From an uncultured Actinomycetes bacterium (lineage in GTDB: Bacteria > Actinomycetota > Thermoleophilia > Gaiellales > Gaiellaceae), in contig CAVPGO010000041.1 of NCBI GenBank assembly GCA_963703975.1, forward strand, positions 4,681 through 68,680: a stretch of 64,000 nt of DNA. Direction: 5' to 3'. Position 1 is the first letter of the stretch, and every line of letters starts with the position of its first letter. This document shows positions 59,231 to 64,000 of this stretch, piece by piece. The notes under the pieces are model-generated. The model was not told the DNA's origin and did not search any database. It saw only the letters and a list, made by a program, of their open reading frames with translations. The translations under genes and the position numbers were made by a program.

Positions 59231-60099
59231 GCAACGTCCCCAAGGAGCTACAGAACGAGATCCCGTCGTTCGACGACGAGCCGGCGCACCACGATCAGGG
59301 CTCGATCGACTTCAGCGGTATGACGTCGATTCGCGGCGCCAAGAGCGCGCTCGAGATCGGCACGATCATCGCCATCGCCGTTGGCGTGTTCTTCGGCGTC
59401 GAGGCGATCCTCCGACTGACCGACACGCCCACGTACGTGTTCCCCAAGCCAACTGCGGTCGTAGGCGCACTCACGGACGACTTCTGGCTCCAGTACGGCC
59501 ACCACCTGTTCGTGACGCTCCAGGAGTTCTTCGTGGGCTTCGCCATCGGGTCGACCATCGGGCTGATCCTCGCCGCCGTGATTACGCAAAAGCCGTTCGT
59601 CGAGAAGGTTGTCGCCCCGTACATCATCATCCTCGTCGTCACGCCGATGCTCGCGCTCGTGCCGTTCCTGCGGTTGAGCCTGATCCGCGGCGTCAGCATG
59701 TGGCCGATCATCGCCGCCGTCGCTCTCGCGTCCGGGCCGATGGTGCTCATCAACGCCGCCACCGGCTTCCGCCGCACCGACCTCGCCAAGATCGCGTTGG
59801 CACGCTCCTACGGGGCGAGCACGCTGCAGGTGTTCCGCAAGATCCGCTTCCCGCTCGCCTTGCCGATGATCATCGTCGGCTACATGGTCGGCGCCATCTT
59901 CGGCTTGTTGACGGCGATCGGCGGCGAGATGGTCTCCGCCAGCGATCAGGGCGGCCTCGGACACCAGCTCATCTACTTCTCGTCGCTGATCCGCATGGAG
60001 AACTTCGGCGCCGTGCTCCTGATCATCGAAGCTCTTGGACTCACGATCTACTTAGTGTTCTACTTCATCGGCAAGCGCTGGGCCAGCTGGGAGAGCTAG
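59227..60099 (+). CDS. ABC transporter permease (NitT/TauT family)
   Basis: FPKP, TM segments, EAA-like ARSYGAS..KIRFP. Confidence 0.88.
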   Translation: MSNVPKELQNEIPSFDDEPAHHDQGSIDFSGMTSIRGAKSALEIGTIIAIAVGVFFGVEAILRLTDTPTYVFPKPTAVVGALTDDFWLQYGHHLFVTLQEFFVGFAIGSTIGLILAAVITQKPFVEKVVAPYIIILVVTPMLALVPFLRLSLIRGVSMWPIIAAVALASGPMVLINAATGFRRTDLAKIALARSYGASTLQVFRKIRFPLALPMIIVGYMVGAIFGLLTAIGGEMVSASDQGGLGHQLIYFSSLIRMENFGAVLLIIEALGLTIYLVFYFIGKRWASWES

Positions 60100-60148
60100 C
60101 CCGCGGGCGCACCAGGGAGGCATGACAGCAGGGAAGGGAGGAACGAGG

Positions 60149-61336
60149 ATGGAGGACACACCGTTCGTCGAGGACTCCGACGAGAAAGGCATCAGTCGTC
60201 GCGAGCTCCTCAAGCGCAGTGCGGTAGCAGGGGTCGGAGCCACCGCTCTCGCCGGCCTCAGCGTCGAGACCGCGGGAGCGCGGTCGAGCGCGGTCGACAC
60301 CGTTCGTTGGGTTTCACCGCGCGGAACCCTGGAGGTGATGGACGACTACAACCTGCTCGTCCCGATGCGGATGGGGTATTACAAGCCCCTCAGGATCAAC
60401 GTCAAGATGAGTGCTGGCGACGCGTCGGGCAACCTCCCGCAGGTCGCCGCCGGCCAGCAGGACATGGGCTATGCCTCCCCCGGCGTCCTCACCGCATCGG
60501 TCGAGGCGGGCGTTCCCGTGACATCCGTCTGGGAGATGATCCCGAGCCAGGTGTTCGACTTCGTCCTTCCTGCGGGGAGCAAGATCAAGAACCCGAGGCA
60601 GCTGAGGGGGAAGACCATCGCCCTCTACAACATCGGCTGGAAGGCAATCGTCGACCCGATGCTGGCGGAGGTCGGTCTCAATCCGAAGACCGTCAAGTAC
60701 CGGGAGTTCGGCCCGCAGTGGAACCAGGCGGTTGCGTTGAAGCTGGCCGACGCCGGCTTGTCCTGGGAGGGGCTCAGGGCTCAGCTCGAAGGCACGGCCG
60801 CATTCTTCGGCTCGGGCAACGCTGGGCTCGAGTTCCTGATCGGCTCGGAGTGGGGCTCGAAGGGGCCGTCCAACAGCTACCAGATTCGGACCGCCGACCT
60901 CGACGACTCGGCCAAGGTGGACGTCTACACGCGTCTCCTCGCCGGCTCGGTGATGGGCTTCGAGTTCTGCCGCGTCAACCCACGCGCCGCGGCCCAGATC
61001 GTATACGAGCAGTACCCGGGCATGCAGAAGGTGATCACGCCGCAGGTCGCGGTCGACTCCATCATGCAGCTCGCAAGCCTCTACCACACCTCGCGGCGAC
61101 TGCCGCCGCACCTGTACGGGTACCACTACCCGAACGCATGGACGAAGTACCTGAACACGGTGTACAAGCTCGGCCAGACGAAGACCAGGCTGACGACGAG
61201 CGGCGTGCTCACGAATGACCTCGTGCAGCCGGCGAACGCCAGGGCAAACAAGGCCCGCGCCCGCAGGGACGCCGCCAAGTTCAAGCTGAGCGCGGCGTTC
61301 AGGAACACCACCATCCCGAAGGGATATCCGCTGTAA
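60149..61336 (+). CDS. Tat-exported ABC substrate-binding protein (NMT1/THI5-like)
   Basis: SRRELLK twin-arginine signal; GYY, LRGKTI, NP..AA; SD GGAGG. Confidence 0.8.
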   Translation: MEDTPFVEDSDEKGISRRELLKRSAVAGVGATALAGLSVETAGARSSAVDTVRWVSPRGTLEVMDDYNLLVPMRMGYYKPLRINVKMSAGDASGNLPQVAAGQQDMGYASPGVLTASVEAGVPVTSVWEMIPSQVFDFVLPAGSKIKNPRQLRGKTIALYNIGWKAIVDPMLAEVGLNPKTVKYREFGPQWNQAVALKLADAGLSWEGLRAQLEGTAAFFGSGNAGLEFLIGSEWGSKGPSNSYQIRTADLDDSAKVDVYTRLLAGSVMGFEFCRVNPRAAAQIVYEQYPGMQKVITPQVAVDSIMQLASLYHTSRRLPPHLYGYHYPNAWTKYLNTVYKLGQTKTRLTTSGVLTNDLVQPANARANKARARRDAAKFKLSAAFRNTTIPKGYPL

Positions 61337-61346
61337 GTCGTCGAGG

Positions 61347-61380
61347 AGTGAGGCGTCCCGCACGAGCGGGGCGCCTCACT
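61347..61380. terminator. 15-bp hairpin after the SBP gene (terminator or mRNA stabiliser)
   Basis: AGTGAGGCGTCCCGC-ACGA-GCGGGGCGCCTCACT. Confidence 0.55.
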
Positions 61381-61396
61381 TGCAAGGGAGGCGTTG

Positions 61397-62191
61397 ATGC
61401 AGAACCCGTTGGCCGGGCACACGAACTCGTACCACACGTACGGCGAGGACGAGGCGCTCGCCGGGATCGCCGCGGCCGGCTACCGCTTCGTGGAGCTGTC
61501 GGCCGTTCCGGGCTGGACGGAGCACGTCGATCTCGCCACGCCACCGGCCGAGACACGCCGGAAGCTGGACGGGTACGGGCTCGAGGCGGTGAGCCTCTCG
61601 GGGCACTCGGATCTGACCACCGCAGATGGGCTCGCCCACGGGATCAAGGCTGTCAGGTGGGCCGCCGACTACGGCCTCCCGATCGTGAACACCGCAGTCG
61701 GCGGCCACCAGTCGGCGGACGAGAACGAGAGCGCGTTCCTCGCCAACATCGGAGCGCTGGCGGACGTCGCCGACGCGGCCGGCGTCGTCGTCGCGCTCGA
61801 GATCCACGGCGACATCATGGCCTCGAGCGACGTCACCATCCCGCTGCTCGAGAAGATCGGCCGCGACTCGATCATGGTCAACTACGACACGGCCAACGTC
61901 GAGTTCTACTCGGGCGACAAGGCGGTCGACGACCTCCCGAAGATCACGCAGTATCTCGCCCACGTCCATCTGAAGGACACGACGGGCGGTAAGGGCAACT
62001 GGGACTTCCCCGGCTGCGGTGACGGAGTCGTCGACTTCGCCCGCGTGCTCCAGATCCTCAGCGATGCCGGATACACCGGGCCGTTGTCCGTGGAGATCGA
62101 GTTCACGGGCGAGCCGTGGCCGCCGCTCGCCGAGGTCACGGCGGCGATGCGCCGCTCGTACGATCATCTGACCTCGCTCGGGCTCTCGTAG
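61397..62191 (+). CDS. Sugar phosphate isomerase/epimerase (AP endonuclease 2 / IolE-like TIM barrel)
   Basis: ALEIH, NYDTAN, HVHLKD, G.GVVDF, GY.G..SVEIE. Confidence 0.85.
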   Translation: MQNPLAGHTNSYHTYGEDEALAGIAAAGYRFVELSAVPGWTEHVDLATPPAETRRKLDGYGLEAVSLSGHSDLTTADGLAHGIKAVRWAADYGLPIVNTAVGGHQSADENESAFLANIGALADVADAAGVVVALEIHGDIMASSDVTIPLLEKIGRDSIMVNYDTANVEFYSGDKAVDDLPKITQYLAHVHLKDTTGGKGNWDFPGCGDGVVDFARVLQILSDAGYTGPLSVEIEFTGEPWPPLAEVTAAMRRSYDHLTSLGLS

Positions 62192-62197
62192 CGAGGC

Positions 62198-63037
62198 ATG
62201 ACGGTGCCCAAATCGATCTTCATGCCGGAGATGACGAACCTCCAGGTGCGCGAGTACCTGGAGGCGGGCGGCACGAGGGTGATCGTGCCGGTCGGCTCGA
62301 CCGAGGACCACGGCGACCACGGCCCGCTGTGGACAGACGTCTACATTCCGCTGGAGGTCGCGAAGCGCGCGGCGCCGGAGCTCGAGGCTCTCGTCGGGCC
62401 ACCGATCCCGTTCGGTATCGCCCACGACCACCGCGGCGCGCACGGCCTCGTCCACGTGCGGATGGACACGTTTCTCGACCTCGTGCGCGACGTCTGCCTC
62501 TCGCTGACGGACGTCGGGTTCACGAGGATCGTCCTGCTCAACGGGCACTACTGCAACTCCCACGCCCTCGAGTTCGCGGTGGCTCGGTTCCACGACGACC
62601 TGCCTGCGGGCGCACGCGTCTACCCGTTCCCGTACTGGGCCGGGATGGCGCCGGAGGAGGCAGAGCAGTACCTCTCCGGCAGCGCCGGCATCCACGCGAA
62701 CGTCGGCGAGACGTCGATCGTGCTCGCCATCGACGAGGAGCTTTGCGACATGCAGCGCGTCCGCGACTTCACGCCAACGCTGCCCGAGCTGCGCACGAAC
62801 GCGCTCGCGCTGCTCGACCCGCTGTTCCTCGCCACGCCCGGATCGTTCTGGTCGCTGCTCGAGGACGGTGGAGGTGTGTGGGGGCGGCCGAGCGAGTCGA
62901 CGGTGGACAAGGGCGAGGAGTTCTTGGGGTGGGCCACCCGCGCCGTCGTCAACCTCGTGCGCGACATGGACGACGTGCACGACCAGCTGGAGCCCCGCTA
63001 CCTCCGCACGCGGAGGCCTCGCGGTGCCTCACGCTGA
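62198..63037 (+). CDS. Creatininase-family amidohydrolase
   Basis: PVGSTEDHG.H.P..TD, NGH, HA..GETS. Confidence 0.85.
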   Translation: MTVPKSIFMPEMTNLQVREYLEAGGTRVIVPVGSTEDHGDHGPLWTDVYIPLEVAKRAAPELEALVGPPIPFGIAHDHRGAHGLVHVRMDTFLDLVRDVCLSLTDVGFTRIVLLNGHYCNSHALEFAVARFHDDLPAGARVYPFPYWAGMAPEEAEQYLSGSAGIHANVGETSIVLAIDEELCDMQRVRDFTPTLPELRTNALALLDPLFLATPGSFWSLLEDGGGVWGRPSESTVDKGEEFLGWATRAVVNLVRDMDDVHDQLEPRYLRTRRPRGASR

Positions 63038-63821
63038 CCTCGGCGAGCGGCGCGTCTTCTTCGAGGAGCACGGCTCCGGCGACCCTGTCCTGCTGGTCAA
63101 CGGGCTCGGCGCGGACCACACGGCGTGGGCGCTCCAGACCGAGTACCTGCAGGAGTCGTTCCGCGTCGTCGTGTTCGACAACCCGGGGGTCGGCCAGACG
63201 GAGGGGCCCCGCGGCCCGTACACGACCACGCTCTTCGCCGACGTCGCCGTCTCCCTGCTCCAGCACCTCGAGATCGAACGCTCCCACGTCGTCGGAGCCT
63301 CGATGGGCGGGCTGATCGCGCAGCAGATCGCCGTTCGTCATCCGGCGGCGGTCCGTTCGCTCGCCATCCACTGCCCGTGGTGGCAGGCGGACTCGTACAC
63401 CAGGGCGCTGATTCGCAGCTGGCAGACGATCGCCCGCGCAGCGGGGATGCCGGACCTCCTCCGCCAGATCTGGCTCTGGGTGTTCACGCCGCGCTTCTAC
63501 GAGGAGCAGCCGGAGACGTTCGTGGAGCTCGAGCGCCAGATCGCGGAGGACCCCCATGCGCAGACGGTCGAGGCCTTCTGCGACCAGGCGGAGGCGTGTG
63601 TGACACACGTCGCGCTCGAGGAGGTGGCGGAGATCGAGATCCCAACGCTGATCACGGTCGGAGACACGGACATCCTCACGCCGCCGGCGCACGCGCGCGC
63701 GCTGCACGAGCGCGTGCGCGGGTCGGTGCTGCACGTCTGGCCCGACATGGGCCACGCGCCGTTCTGGGAGATCCCCGACGCGTTCAACCAGCTCAACCTC
63801 GAGTTCCTGGAGGCTCACTGA
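63024..63821 (+). CDS. Alpha/beta hydrolase
   Basis: FDNPGVG, GASMGG nucleophile elbow, GDTD, GH. Confidence 0.88.
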   Translation: MPHADLGERRVFFEEHGSGDPVLLVNGLGADHTAWALQTEYLQESFRVVVFDNPGVGQTEGPRGPYTTTLFADVAVSLLQHLEIERSHVVGASMGGLIAQQIAVRHPAAVRSLAIHCPWWQADSYTRALIRSWQTIARAAGMPDLLRQIWLWVFTPRFYEEQPETFVELERQIAEDPHAQTVEAFCDQAEACVTHVALEEVAEIEIPTLITVGDTDILTPPAHARALHERVRGSVLHVWPDMGHAPFWEIPDAFNQLNLEFLEAH

Positions 63822-64000
63822 TGATCACGGTCGCGATTCTGGGCGGGGGTTTCATGGGCGCTGCCCACGCCGCGAACTACAAGGCGCTCGGCGAGCGGGT
63901 GCGCGTGAAGACGGTCGCGTCCCGCACGGCCGAGCGGGCCGCACGGGTGGCCGCCGTCGTCGGCGCCGAGGTGACCGGCGATCTCGACGCAGCGATCACG
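63821..64000 (+). CDS. Gfo/Idh/MocA oxidoreductase, partial (runs off the window)
   Basis: MITVAILGGGFMGAAHA Rossmann start. Confidence 0.75.
   Translation, partial: MITVAILGGGFMGAAHAANYKALGERVRVKTVASRTAERAARVAAVVGAEVTGDLDAAIT

Noticed and set aside
1-64000. CRISPR array, rRNA, prophage or defence system
   Set aside because: No regularly spaced repeats, rRNA-like tracts, or cas, phage or restriction-type ORFs were recognised.

Overview
High-GC bacterial chromosomal DNA, densely coding. The gene style (many leaderless TANNNT promoters, CsoR, SigH/SigR-type promoter) points to an actinobacterium, probably Thermoleophilia/Gaiellales-like (inference). From left to right: (1) a selenocysteine-recoded NAD-linked formate dehydrogenase (in-frame UGA at 1593-1595 plus SECIS hairpin) with a fused NuoE/NuoF partner; (2) arfB, a HAD hydrolase and acpS-nnr; (3) a three-gene SipW-type signal-peptidase locus with two small secreted substrates sharing an N-terminal motif (candidate new pilus/fibre system); (4) an MBL hydrolase, alr and a methyltransferase; (5) a CsoR copper operon with a truncated copZ; (6) a RAYT transposase, an SDR and fabI; (7) a MarR-controlled hydroxycinnamate (cou/phd-like)-pca-pobA aromatic catabolic operon with a pcaB-pcaC deletion scar; (8) an ECF sigma/anti-sigma module with three copies of a promoter motif; (9) housekeeping genes: trxA, ileS with non-canonical signature motifs, glycosyltransferases, ispH, lutABC, tRNA-Pro, aqpZ, tRNA-Gly and phoD; (10) an uncharacterised ROK-regulated amino-sugar/amide catabolic island containing four +1 frameshifts that are probably sequencing artefacts. 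No CRISPR array, rRNA or prophage was seen. All functional calls come from motif recognition by eye, not from database searches.
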